DNA from: Takakia lepidozioides
Taxonomy: Eukaryota > Plantae > Bryophyta
Direction: 5' to 3'
DNA: 64,000 nucleotides
Assembly (NCBI GenBank): GCA_030704615.1
Contig: CM060734.1
Span: 40,486,001 to 40,550,000 of the forward strand
This document shows, piece by piece, positions 39,905-52,882 of this stretch. The position numbers were made by a program, and so were the translations under genes. A model generated the notes under the pieces. It saw only the letters and a list, made by a program, of their open reading frames with translations. It was not told where the DNA came from and did not search any database. How positions within the stretch are numbered: the stretch's first letter is position 1; each line of letters begins with the position of its first letter.

Positions 39905-40060
39905 CTATCCCGAGCAGTGTGGACATAACCAATCTCCATCATGAACCTTCTCAAGAGGTGGTGTCAAGCATCCCATGTGCCAACCTCTTGAGCATCGATC
40001 ACACGCCAGCATAGTGACTGCCCCCTTTGGCAGACCTATAGAGCATGCACCTCAAACCTG
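39905..40060 (-). pseudogene. PHD finger at the pol C-terminus
   Basis: Minus-strand translation LRCMLYRSAKGAVTMLACDRCSRGWHMGCLTPPLEKVHDGDWLCPHC* is a C4HC3 pattern with the second Cys changed to Tyr. It is not shown in the ORF track. Confidence 0.88.
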
Positions 40061-40282
40061 CAGGTACCACTGCCAAGTTTGGGTCAACTCTGCCATCGAC
40101 ATTGGGAAGGTGACATGGCGCACAATTACGCCAGGGCTAAACCTCCGAACTCCAGGATGATATCCTCCACCACGTATAGTGGCGTACCTCAACGTATCAC
40201 GATGTTGTGCAATGGCAAGGTTCTCAAAAGCCATGGGCATGACTTTCTTGAACAACTCTGCACGCTGATCACATGCACATAC

Positions 40283-41020
40283 CTACACGTCCAGATCATC
40301 AAGATTAAGGACCTGAGCAGTGTCCCTACGAATGGATGCAGGCAAATCCGGCTCTTGGCCAAAGAGAAGGAAATATGGTGAGAATGAGGCAAGTGATGCT
40401 GGCTTGTTGAACCTGTAGCCCATGGCTAACCAAGGCACCTGAAGATCCCAATCTCCTAGGTGTCCCTTCTGCAAGCCATACTTGCACAAACCCCTCTTCA
40501 CTGTTTGCACGACCCTCTCTGCCAAGCCATTGGCCTCAGGATGATCCTGGGAAGTGGTGCGATGGTTTATCAAGGCTTTATCACACAAGGCCTGAAACTC
40601 CCCCAGTAACTCTCTCCCCTGGTCCGTGAGTACCTCAGCTGGGGCACCGAATCGGCTAAGCTCACGATCCAAGAATGCATACGCAGCCCCTTCACTAGCA
40701 TTGTCAGACAATGGAAGAAACTCAATCAACTTGGAGAAGTGCTCCACCATCACCAACACATATCTGTGGTGACTCATTGTCAATGGCAACGGTCTTGCGA
40801 AGTGAAGACTCCACCTGTAGCCCAATCCCATGATTGGTAAATGATGCAACTGTGGTGTAGGGGCGTTGAATTAAACCCTAAATCCTGTCACACACCATGC
40901 ACCTAGCCACGAACTGTTGCACATTGGTATGCATACCACGCCACCAATATTACCCTTGCAGTAGACTATGAGTGTGTCGCACTCCAAAATGCCCCAACTT
41001 CTCATGGGCATGCCGCACTA
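40283..41020 (-). pseudogene. Integrase (HHCC zinc finger + DDE core)
   Basis: HAHEKLGHFGV..YWWRGM..CMVC; VMVEHFSK, RFGAPAEVLTDQG, HPEANGLAERVVQTVK. Confidence 0.9.
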
Positions 41021-41399
41021 ACCATGCACATTGTGTTAGGTGAGGCACGATCCTCACCCGACCATCCTCCCACACTCGGAGCAGGTGTATCCCCTCCCAC
41101 TTGAACCTCTTGGCTCGTTACAGGATCCGATCTCTCTCCTTGGCATTCACACTAGCTGCCGTGTTTCCAGTGCGGAGGTAGTCCAACACAACCGAATCTT
41201 CATGTATATCTCTGGTACCATCTGGGTCATCACTAGCCTCAGGGTCCTCAGACCTCTGTCTACAGTCATCCCTGTTGTAGGTCCAACCTAACCTCCCGAT
41301 GCCAAGATACACAAAAATACAGATGTGTGTCATTTCGGCACCATCTCCTCGTCCGTCTCACCATGCCACCGAGCTCCAATGTCATCTTGCTGGCTCGTG

Positions 41400-42700
41400 C
41401 ATGGATTGCGACTCAATCCATCTGCATCATGATTGACCAAACCCGGTCGATGCACCACCTAAAAGTCATACTCCTGGAGTATGAATGCCCACCGTGCAAG
41501 CTTCCCCGTAAGCTTGTCTAACTCCATCAATCACTTGAGTGGCTGGTGATCCGTGGCAAGGGTGTGTGGAGATTGCCGTATAGATAGTACCTGAAATGTG
41601 CCACAACCCACACTGCAGCTAAGCACTCTTCCTCATATGAGCTATACTTAGCCTCTGCAGCATTGTTCGAGCGGCTAGCATAAGCCACTACGAATCTCTT
41701 CTCTCATCATCCACTTGTGTAAGCACTGCTCCAAGTCCTAGCATGCTCTAGTCCGTATGCAGCTAAAAGGGACGCCCCCTGATAGGTCGTCTCAAGATGG
41801 GCGTCGAGGTCAACCTCGCCTTGAGCTCTTGAAAAGCTCGTTCCTGCTCATCTTCCCACTGCCACTCCTAGTCCACCTTGGTCAGCTTAGTTAGAGCCTT
41901 TGCGATAGCACTAAATCCCTTGACAAACCGTTTATAGTAGTTTGCCAACCCCATGAAAGCTCGAACTCGGCTCACATCCGTGGGGCGTGGAATTTGTGCA
42001 ATGGCCTCTACCTTAGTCCGATGTACCCCCAATCCTCTAGGATATATCATGTGACCCAGATACTCAATCTGGTTGTGGAAAAACTTGCACTTCCCCAGAT
42101 GCAGTTTCAATCCGTGCGCTCTCAAGCGCTCAAATACCACCTAAAGGTGTCTCTCATGCTCCTCCACCGTAGCACTGAAGATGATGATCTATGTAGCACC
42201 GAACAAACTCTACCCCTGCTAGAATCTTGTCCATGACTCTCTGGAACTCTGCAGGAGCGTTCTTAAGCCTGAATGGTAAGAACCGCCACTGTTATAGGCA
42301 ATCCTTTCCGTGCTCATTGATCCCCCAAAATGTCGTCTTTTGCTGGTCCGCCTCCTTGATCGGCAACTGGTGATATCCGGATCGTAAATCCAAAGTACTA
42401 AAGACCTTAGCATGCCCAATGGCATCAAAGATCTCCTCCGGTGTGGACATGATATACTTATCGGACTTGGTCTGATAATTTACTGCAGACCGGTAATCAC
42501 CGCACATACATCTCTCCGTCCAATTGCCATAAACATCCTTCTTGGCTGGCATCACTGTGGCTGAAGCATACTCTCCACCAGAGAGCTCCACCAAACCAGC
42601 CTCTCAGAGATCTTGAGTCCTCATCTGAATCAAAGGCCTCTCCATGTCACTGTATCTATAGGGTCTCCGAAAGATTGGCGTATCAGTGGCCAACTCAATA
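41400..42700 (-). pseudogene. Reverse transcriptase + RNase H (decayed)
   Basis: [59 protein letters not shown]. RNase H motifs GLGAVLTQ, AYASRSNN, TDHQPL, LARW..LQEYDF, ADGLSR. Confidence 0.9.
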
Positions 42701-43189
42701 CAAATCTCTTGACCCTTCAATGCTCCCAAGTTCTTCAAACTGAAGGTAAAGCAATTCCTCTAAGCCCTCAGGAACTGCCGTATACGTTATCTCTCTCCTC
42801 CAGTGACAATGGATCCAATGTCAGGCTCCCAATTGTCCTCCGTAACTGCAATCTTAAGTCCAGTGGGCTTAGAGGTAGAGGATGCATCCAGTGGTTGTTA
42901 TGTTGCATCCTCTTGAGCAGCACTCCCTGCCTGCTCAGTCAATGACAAGGCCTCATCCTGCCCCATCATCTCATCCACGAGGACTTCCTCAACTCGAGAA
43001 AAATCCCCAACCTCATCCATCACCGCCGCCTTGGCTGCCAACTCCCTCTGAACCTTGAGCACCTCCCACGTATGCCATGGATGCTTGCACCCCGTGGTCC
43101 TCACCTGCTCGTACCGTCTCGGTAGGCAGGGAGTCTGTCAAGGGAAGTGTAGTAGGAGAAGTTGTCCGCAACCTACGCTGCTTAGCCAT

Positions 43190-44120
43190 ACTCAGGCTGA
43201 TGATCCAGGTCAAGCAATTGAGATCCATTGCTTGCCCCAACACCTGACGACATGATGCCTCAGAAAGAGTTGGCACCGTCGTGGTACCAGTGGTAAAACC
43301 CATTGCCCGCTCATGCTCGTTGGCATTGGGCTCCACTAACTGCTGCAACTAGGCATCCCACAGGAGGCCAGGTCCACTATCCCGGAAAGCATGCGATCCT
43401 GGGAAGCTGAGTAGTCTAGGTAGTACTGCTCGTGGTTGACCCACCTTGTTGACCACTGCCAAAGGCGAACGGTCATCGTGTCTCATACGTTGAGATTGCC
43501 TCCCCGTGTCCAAGATGTTGTCCATTATCAGGTGTGATGGCCGTTGCACCCATCATATGCACGCTTGAGTAGTGCAGGTGGCATCAAGTTGGTCCACCAT
43601 AGTCGTGGGCGATGAGCCCGTGACCCCACTGCAGCTGCATCCAGCAACACTACTGATCGAAGCCATGACCGGACTTGATGCACACTAGCCATTGCCCTGG
43701 CCCGAGTATCACCCATCAGTGGTACATTCTCCAAGATGTGTGCTGAAGATACAGCTTGATGAAGCTATAAATGTCGCAAAATCCGCACCATCTCCCAAAA
43801 CAGACCCGACCTCGAGTCTCGCAATCCATTGCCATGCCCGGCTGATGAATGCCCTTAGCAAGGCCAACCTGCCACTACCAAGTGAATGGAGCCAACCTGC
43901 TCCAAATCATGCGCCCCCAGTAAGAAAAAGGCTGCTAGTATCCACAAATTGCAGACACCGGCAACAAGTCGGGGTACTGCTCCACCAACTGAGCAACATG
44001 GAGCAGTGAGTCGCGTCGTGTAGTCTCATCCTTCTCCACATACAGATATCTCTTAACCCATACACCTGCTTGTAGCACAACAGCCAATCCAGTGCTGATC
44101 CCGCCAAACAAGTCCTTCAT
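43190..44120 (-). pseudogene. DNMT3-like C5 cytosine DNA methyltransferase domain inside pol
   Basis: Motif I DLFGGISTG, II YLYVEKD, IV LVVAGWPC*GHSSAG, V GLRDSRSGLFWE, VI ILENV, VIII DAAAVGSRAHRPRLWWTNL, IX EPNANEHERAMGF, X RQVLGQAMDL, all in canonical order. Confidence 0.92.
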
Positions 44121-44227
44121 CCGGATACAGCCACACAAGAGGTGTGGTGTCCAATGGTGACAACTGAGGTGGTCCCGGTGCAATCCCCACACTCTCCTCC
44201 TCTCTTGACGGTACAAAGACCTCTACC

Positions 44228-45200
44228 TTAGTCTTGTTGCACCCGTCGATCAATAATCCACTCCAAATCCTTGCTCGTGCCCCACAATGGAGTCTGAACA
44301 ACCATGGCAGGCAACTCCGCCATACCATACATGTTATCCTGGTATTCCGGAGGTGACACATCCTCTGAATGAGCGTTGCGCTCTAGCAACTCTCCAGGCC
44401 AACTCACTACAGCTGTGAATGCTGCTAGTGTTGGCATCTTGCCCCGCTGGGCAACCGCAAATCCCCCAATGAATGTCACAGGGAGCTGCACACGCCGGCC
44501 CTCCCCTGACTGCCATCCAGGCCTATAGGAAGCTGACTCCTCCCAAAAATCCAGGGTGAAGCCCATAGGGTACAACACCACCCTGGGACCAACCAGGACA
44601 TCGTAAGAGATCGCGTTTGTCACAATGGCCTTGGCTCTCATCACTGAGCCATCTGTAGGGTGATCCGGCTGTAGTATGATAGGCAACTCACGCCGTGTCA
44701 TGCCCCGAGCCTGTTCTGATCCCCCCAGAGATGTCTGTATCTGGAACGGATAAGGCTCTATATCCGCCTCCGTATGGCTTAAGCCTGCAATAGCAGCTCT
44801 GCCCAGCATCAACGGCTGAGCTCACAAGTCCAATAAGACCCACAGTGGCCGGTACCTCTTGCCTGCCGGTCCACTCAAACAGAAAATACCCTCATGGATG
44901 TCTAACAAGATAACCCCAAGTGTCACCATGACGCGCTCAATGGCTGACCTAGCTGGCAGCTCCGTCAACCTAGCAGCTGCAGCTTGCCATGGCGCCACCG
45001 TGGCAGTTTTGATCCTCAAATCTGATGATCCCTCCGCCACTATACCTTCCACTATCTCCGCAGAAGATGAAGGGGGGGGTGCTATTCCATGAGCCTGGAG
45101 GCGTGAGCCTGTGAGCCCAGGAGCCCGTGAGCCCAGCACAGGCTCACGCCACGTCAGCATGCATACAAGGTCTATTTCCGCGGGTGTCACCTATTACCGC
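44228..45200 (-). pseudogene. Aspartic protease region of the DNMT-gypsy pol
   Basis: VLLDL*AQPLMLG (decayed DSG motif) followed by AISYDVLVG. Confidence 0.65.
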
Positions 45201-45409
45201 AGGTTGGTCAGCCCTTTCTAGGGAATGCAGACTGGATGTGTTACATCCATTGTATCCATCATTTCTATCCATTGCATCCATTTAGACGTTTGTTAGATGG
45301 CTGCTTGGGACTTAGATGCTTTTATGGGTTCTGTGGGGTACCCTTAATTTTTGCGCAGACTGAGACCAACAGGAGCCTTAGGGGTGGCAGGAGCAGGCTT
45401 TAGGGGGGT

Positions 45410-45616
45410 TACACAGCCCGACACAGCTTTACACAGCCCGTCACAGTCTATCACAGCCAGACACAGTCTGACACAGCCCGACACAACTTCGTACAGCCAG
45501 TCACAGCCCGACACAGCTTTACACAGCCAGTCACAGCCCGACACAGCTTCACACAGCCAGTCACAGCCCGACACAGCTTTACACAACCAGTCACAGCTTG
45601 GCACAACCTGTCACAG
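45410..45616 (+). repeat. 10-bp-period (A/T)CACAGCnnn tandem array
   Basis: ACACAGCCCG / ACACAGCTTT / TCACAGCCAG units forming 30-bp higher-order repeats. Confidence 0.9.
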
Positions 45617-46102
45617 TACATGGGGAACAGTTAACATTGACAGGGAACGACTGTGTGGGAACGACTGTGTGCAGAGGGAACGTGTTACTTCAGGGGTGAC
45701 GGTTAGTTTGTTAGGTGGTTAGAAACGGAGAGCGGAAACAGTGAAGAGGAGATGATGACTTGAATGAGGCTTAGTTCATGCAAGCTGTAAAATTTTACAG
45801 TAGGATAGAATAGAGACACCATGGCATAGGCATGATACATGATTAATCTTAATCCGATACTGAATCGATACAAACATACTGTGTAGAGAGACACGAGAGA
45901 AATTGTGGAATGAATGCATGATTAATTGGAACTTAGTAGATACTGAAGCAATCTGATGCTTCAGTATACACGGTAAGGTAAATTGATAACATGAAGGCAT
46001 GAAGGAATACAAATAGGAAGCACAACCATGATTCACTAGTTGCAGGTCATGACTGATTGTTCTGAGCGGGCTGAGTGCTTATAGATATCCAACTCTTCTA
46101 TC

Positions 46103-46744
46103 TTGGAGTTTCCACCTCGGATAGCGAAGGGATGGGTGAGTAAAAGCCGCTCGACATTTGGTGACCATACTGGGGAACTGGGTCATGAACAAAAAAATGT
46201 GACAGGCATCTGGTGGGATCATGGTGGTTGGAGAATTAAAGAATTTGATGTGAATCAAATCCCCTGTGGAACTGAGAAGGAAAGATTGTCCAAACAATTC
46301 TTTCAAAGGTTCTTGGAATTGCCAGACGGTTGTAAAGAAAACATTCTTAAGAGAGTACATGATGTTGATCCTGAGTGGGGTCTGGAGAAAGGAGTGATAA
46401 AGATTTATCACGTGGCCTGTAGAGGAAGAGCACATTGGTTACCAACACTGGTTTATGTGATAGCATTGCTATCCATTAAGCGAGTAGAGTTTGAAGGCTG
46501 GGAGGAAAGGAAGGTGAATGTTTATACTCATATGCATGAGGAGCTTGTACTGGTAAAGAATTGGATTCCAAAGGATATTCTGTGGATCAAACTCACACCA
46601 AGAACAACTTTTCAGACTTGTTTGCCATATGGTTATATGGTAACGGAGACTTCTAGTATAGCCAAGTGTGCATTGAAGCTTGAAAGAAACCCAGGCATAT
46701 ACGAGAGATACTACAGAAGAGAGTTTTGGTTATTGTCACATTAA
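46103..46744 (+). CDS. Unknown extra ORF upstream of gag in the nested gypsy
   Basis: 213 open codons before gag; no recognisable domain; start codon uncertain. Confidence 0.4.
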   Translation: MEFPPRIAKGWVSKSRSTFGDHTGELGHEQKNVTGIWWDHGGWRIKEFDVNQIPCGTEKERLSKQFFQRFLELPDGCKENILKRVHDVDPEWGLEKGVIKIYHVACRGRAHWLPTLVYVIALLSIKRVEFEGWEERKVNVYTHMHEELVLVKNWIPKDILWIKLTPRTTFQTCLPYGYMVTETSSIAKCALKLERNPGIYERYYRREFWLLSH

Positions 46745-46764
46745 AGAAATGAAAGACATGGGAC

Positions 46765-49700
46765 ATGAGTGAGGAAAGAGAAGCTAGACTCCAGAGATAT
46801 TCAGCAAAAAGAGAAAGTTATCTGAAAGCTAATTATCCATATCTTTGGGAGAGAGGAATAGACATAGGGGAATCATCTGGACCTCTCACACCATTAAGAT
46901 CAGAGAGTACATCACCCATACCGGAAGAACTAGAGTTGGATGCCACTCCTTCTTTTTCTTTGCAAGAAAATATAAGGGAATTGGTACAGGAAGAAGATCA
47001 ACCACGAGGTGAAAGATCTGAGGTACATCCCTGGATAAAAGATTTGACAGAAATCTTTGATAAGAGTTGGCATAGAACACCAAAAGCAGGAACTCCAGTT
47101 TCTGAAACGGAAGACAAAGAAGGAGGAGAGGATGTGGCAGAGCCAACGGAGAGTTCAGACTCTCCAACACCATTGCAATTGAGTTACATGAGAAGAAGAA
47201 GAAGAAACCCAAGGGCAGAACTTGGAAGATGAAAACAGAGAGAAGAAATTGGAAGAGGGATAGCTATGAGAAAAGATTAGAAGAAATCTTGAAGAAGTAT
47301 GCCAACACATTGGAGGAAGGGTGTTTGGTGTACAAAATGCCAGAATGAAGGCCATACCACCACTGAATGCCACATGAAGGAGAAACACTATACTATCTGT
47401 AAAATGGATAACCATTCTACTGAGAATTGTTACTACAACAGAAGGACATCAGCAAAAGAACCTAGGCAAGTAAGGGTGCATCAAGTGCAGCCCCAGCCAA
47501 GAAGAAACAGTGATCAGGACCACTATGGTAGGCCTGGTGGTTATAACAATGGCATGGAAGGGAGAGGTAATCCAAGAGGGAATTACCAAGGGAATTCCAG
47601 AGGCAACTATCAGGGTAATCCAAGGGGGAATTACCAGCCAGGGAATCAGGATCACAAAAACAATCCCAAGACAGACCAAGGACCTAATGGGGAAGAACTG
47701 TGTTACTATTGTAATCAGGCAGGACATCGCAAGGCAGCCTGTCCATTTGGATCAGACACCAGAATGAGATGAGAGCTCCTGTGAATGAGGGGCCAGTGGT
47801 GGCAGCTCACATGGTTAGGCCATGTGTTGTACCAGAAGTAAGTACAATGATAGTAACCAGAAGCAAAGCCAAAATAATACCTCCAGTAGATGAGGAAGGT
47901 GATGATAATGAAGATGGCAGTGATGTGCCTGAAGATGATGAGGCTTGGAGAGATGAGAAGGAACTGCACAAGGAAGTGGTAGATACCATAAGGGAAATGC
48001 AGAAGAGTATTGATATTCCTATGGCAGATTCCTCTGATTCTGAAAGAGAAGAGGAAGTGAGTGAGGATGAAGGGAAGAAAGAAGCTGCAGAAATGCAGAG
48101 TAATGAAGGGACTTTGGCTGAAGTAATATGCCAGTCCAAAGCGGAGATGACCATTGGACAGCTATTGGTTGTGGCACATTATTGTAGACATAGGCTGTAT
48201 CAAGCAATCAATCGAATTGCCATGTGACAGGGAACACAGACCTGAACAGCAAGGTGACCAGTTATAATGTGAAGCTGGAAGGGCGAGAAACAATCATGGA
48301 CTTTGATGATTCTATGTCAGTAATCCAATTAAGAATTGGAAGCACATAACTAACTGATGTACTGATAGATGGAGGCTCTGGAGTGAATATCATGACAGAC
48401 CAATTAAGGCAGAAGTTTGGTCTAAGTAACATGAAACCAGCCTCATTTACAGTAACAATGGCAGATCAAAGAAGTGTACAGCCATTGGGATTGATAAGAG
48501 GAGTTAAGATACATATTCAAAAGATGATCTTTAAGATCACAGTAACTGTGTTGAAAATGGATGAAGTCATGGAAGCTTACTCCTTATTGCTGGGTCGACC
48601 GTGGCTGAAACAAGCCAGGGTATTCCATGACTGGAATTCCCAGTTACTAACTGTGCATGATGGGATGCACAAGATACAAATCACCACTAAGAAATCTAGT
48701 AGATTACCTGCTACGAGAAGACCTCGAGGGGTCAGGGAGTATGACTGGAGGGGAGGACTTGATGAGGAACAGGAAGCTACCATGTTCGCTGCATACCCAG
48801 AGTGGGAGCAGGTTGCAGAGATGCAACTGGAAGGCCTAAGTTGTTTAAAATGTATCTGTTGTGGTGTAGTGACAACAACACCAATTGAGGGTGAAACAAG
48901 CAGTTACCCACCACATTTCTATGAAGAAAGAGAGGGAGAAATGGAAATCCTAGAAGAACCAGCCACTGTGAGTTTACAGGATGAAGTGGTGACTGGTTGG
49001 ACAATCACAGCTGATGAGCAGGTGAGAGAAGTGAATGTGGGAACTGAAGGGAACCGAGGATGGTGAAGGTAGGGGCTGATTTGGAGCCAGAATTCTTTGA
49101 GGAAGCTAAGAGTCTGTTCATCAAATACACAGATGTATTTGCTTGGAGCTACGAGGATCTAAAAGGGATACCACATGAGATCTGTTAGCATAAGATTGAA
49201 TTGGAACCAGGGTCAGTTCCAATCAAACAGGCAAGGTACAGAATGAATCCCAACTATGCACAGAAGGTTGGAGAAGAGATCAAGAAGTTGGCTGAGGCTA
49301 AGTTTATATACCCGATAGAGTATACAACTTGGTTGTCACCCATTGTGATAGTTCCCAAGAAGAATGGTAAACTGAGAGTTTTGTGAACTATAAGAAGTTG
49401 AATGCTTGTACGAAGAAAAATCATTTCCCTTTGTCATTCACAGAAGCGGTATTGGACACTGTGGCAGGCCATGAGATGTACTCATTCATGGATGGCTTCA
49501 GTGGTTATAATCAAGTGCAAGTGGCAGAAGAAGACCAGGGAAAGACAGATTTCATCACAGACTGGGGTGCTTATGCATACAAAGTAATGCCTTTTGGACT
49601 TTGTAATGCACCAGCAACCTTTCAGAGAGTGATAAGCGAATCTTTTCATGAGTATCTGGATGATTTCATGCAGGTGTTCTTGGATGATTTCAGTATGTAC

Positions 49701-51800
49701 AGCTCTAAGAATGAGCACTTGCATAAATTGGAGTTATGTTTGGCCGATGCAGGATGAGAGGTGGGCCTGAATCCAGAGAAGTGTACTTTCTGTGTGAACT
49801 CAGGGGTGCTTTTGGGACACATTGTGTGTAAGAGGGGACTTCTTGTGGATCCCAGAAAGACAGAGGCCATTAAAGCCTCTCCACCACCAGTAAATGTTAA
49901 GAGTCTAAGGAGATTCCTTGGACAAACCAGTTATTACAGAAGATTTGTCAGACAATATGCACAGATAGCAGCACCATTGAGCAAGCTTCTGAAGAAAGAT
50001 GCAGTGTTTGCATGGACAGCTGAATGTCAACAAGCTTTTGAGGAACTTACATTGTCAGTAACAACTATACCTGTGCTGATTAACCCTCACTGGCACGTAG
50101 TATTTCATGTTCACTGTGATGCCTCAGGAGAAGCGTTGGGAGCAGTGTTAGCCCAAAATGTTACAGGAAATATAGATTACCTGTGTACTATGCTAGCAGG
50201 TTGATGAACAGTGTTGAAAGGAACTATAGCACAAAAAGAGAAGCACTGGCAATGATTTATGCAGTCAAGAAATTCAGGCATTACCTATTGGGAAGGAAGT
50301 TTATGTTTTATGTGGATCACCAGGCTCTGATATCTGGTGAACAAACCTTTGATAAGTGGAAGGATAGCAAGGTGGTTAATAATCTTGCACGAGTTGAGTT
50401 CGAAGTTGTTTACAAGCCTGGCCGTTTGCATCTTGTGGCAGATCACTTGTCACGCCTATCAACAGGAGAGCCCGCCACAGGAGTAGACGACCAATTACCT
50501 GATGCGAGTTTTTTTGCGGTGGAGGTGCAAGGAAGTGCAGATGACTGGTTAGATTGGCAGTGGCCAATCAGATATTACCTTACTCATGGTCAGTGCCCAC
50601 CTAGTTAAGGAGCAGAGGAAGAGAATCGCTATCAAGGCTTTACTTTATACTATGGTAGGGTGCAGAATGTATAAGCTAGGACCTGATGGAGTACTTAAAC
50701 GATGCTTGTACCACCATGAAGTAAATAAAGTTTTGGAGGAAGTTCATAAAGGAGTGGCTGGAGGTCATTTTGGAAGAAGACTACCAGTAGAAAGATACTA
50801 CTTGCAGGGTTACTGGTGGCCTACTTTGTTCAAGGATGTACACAAGTATTGTAAGAGTTGTGATGAGTGTCAGAGGCTAGGACCATTGCAGAGATCTGGG
50901 AAGATGGCTTTGCATCCTACAATGCCTACTGAACCATTTCAGAAATGGGGACTAGACTTTGTTGGACCAATTAACCCACCAGCCAAGAATACACAGAACA
51001 AGTATATAATCACAACCACTGATTATACTGCAAAGTGGGTGGAAGCTAAAGCTCAGATAGACAACACAGCTAAGTCCACAGCAAGGTTCTTGTATGAGAA
51101 CATACTTACACGATTTGGCTGTCCCCTGGAATTTATCAGTGACCAGGGAAGTCACTTCATTAATGAGACCATAGAACTATTGACTAAAGAGTTCATGATT
51201 GTGCATAGGAAAAGTACAACTTATTACCCACAGGGTAATGGGCAGGCAGAGGCTACCAACAAAATACTATGTACTATCTTGGCTAAGATAGTCAATGCAA
51301 AACGAACAGATTGGGATACAAAGCTGCTGACAGCTTTGTGGTCATACAGGACTTCATATAAAGTCACCACTAAGTATACACCATTCCAATTAGTTTATGG
51401 TATGGAAGCTTTACTTCCAGTGGAATTCTTGTTACCTACCGTGAGAACTGAATGGGGAAAGAGAATGGAATTGGAAGATTCAATTAAGGTCAGGAAATAT
51501 GAATTATACCATGTGGAAGAAGTACGTGTTGATGCAGCTGATAACATGACCATAATTCAGATGAAGAGGAAGGATCAGTTTGATGAAGGTAAATTAAAGA
51601 CTTTTAAGACGGGAGATTTGGTACTGTGGTTGCAGAAGAAAGGGAAGATTTAAGCTTCTAAGCTTAAATCACCATGGAAAGGACCTTATGTCATACATAA
51701 GATGTATGATAATAACACCGCCATGTTACAAACCATTAACAAAGAAATGCTGGGGAGAGTCAATGCCAATAAGTTGAAGGGATACAGTGGTATCCATGAC
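46765..51800 (+). pseudogene. gag-pol of the nested gypsy (multiple stops and frameshifts)
   Basis: gag 46765-47770, PR about 48360, RT about 49200-49950, RH about 50100-50460, INT about 50600-51780. Confidence 0.88.
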
Positions 51801-51934
51801 AAACCATTGCAACACGATTTGCATGTTGAAACACAAGAACAATCACGGGCTGCGCCAGTGATACCAACGGAGTATGGAGCACTTGTCGCTAAGCCGAGCG
51901 TGTATGACCAGGGCGGGAAGTACATGTGTTCGCA

Positions 51935-52100
51935 TAGCTATCACAGTCCATCAGCCTATCACAGCCCATCACAACATGACACGGCCTATCACAACCCATC
52001 ACAGTGCCACACAGCCTATCACAGCCCATCACAGTGTCACACAGCCTATCACAGTTCACCACAGTTAGACACAACTTGTCACAGCCCAACACAGCCCATG
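51935..52100 (+). repeat. CACAGCC-type 10-bp-period tandem array
   Basis: ACAGCCTATC / ACAGCCCATC / ACAGTGCCAC units after an internal PPT-like GGGCGGGAAG. Confidence 0.85.
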
Positions 52101-52882
52101 CGGGTTACACAGTCCATTGGGTCAGTGACAGGTGGACGCGGGTTAACGTCAAAAAAGTGGCCGTCAAATGAAGAAGAAGTTTGGAAGTCAAACTCGGAGA
52201 ATATGCCACGCGGAGAGGGGAAGTCGGGGGCATGTCTAAAAGTGGACACGTGGCCACTAAGGCGAAGCACACCGCAGTGCATAGATTGCAAGAGTGGGTC
52301 TCATCATGCAAGAGGACAAATCGGGCCGTCAAAGTACCTACCCGGTACATCAACTAAAACTATTGTGGGCCCATTAATGCATTCAGGGCAGGGGTAACAG
52401 AACCCTTTCCGAGTACAGAAAAAAGGGACTTATGCCACATGTGCTGTCCTACTGGACACTCCAGGTGGGAATGTCCACGGAGGGGGGTGGAATTAAGAAG
52501 TTACCTAAGCAGGCAACAACCAATCAGGAGTGAGAATTTCATGCAGGTGGTTCCCTCCAAGAAACAAGAAAAAGAAATTGGAAGTATTATGAGCGGAAGA
52601 GTCGGGGTGACTCCGAATAGCCAGTGTCTCGACGGGAGGGGAAATCAAAGCACTAGCTTTGTAGCTATGGCGGATGTAACGGATTACACGCTCGCTTTAC
52701 TTCTCACGCAGTGGCGCAAGGACGGACGAATTGAGAGTACATTTTCTCTCACTCGATACTTGCAAGCCCCACAGGCTTACACGCACTTACCTGTTCCATT
52801 CTGTGCCAACCATACCTTTATGCTCTGTGCCCTGCAAGCTTTCCTTCGGCTGTTTCAAACAAGGCCTTTTTGTTTGTCTAGA

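Noticed and set aside
43190-44120. Bacterial restriction-modification methylase or contamination, or a host DRM/CMT gene
   Set aside because: It is embedded between gypsy protease and RT with similar decay. There is no restriction gene, no introns, no BAH/chromo/UBA domains, and the motif order is not DRM-permuted.
51922-52399. Candidate 3' LTR of the nested gypsy (after the PPT-like tract, ending GTAACA)
   Set aside because: It does not match the sequence starting at 45239 apart from the CACAGC array, and there is no TSD.
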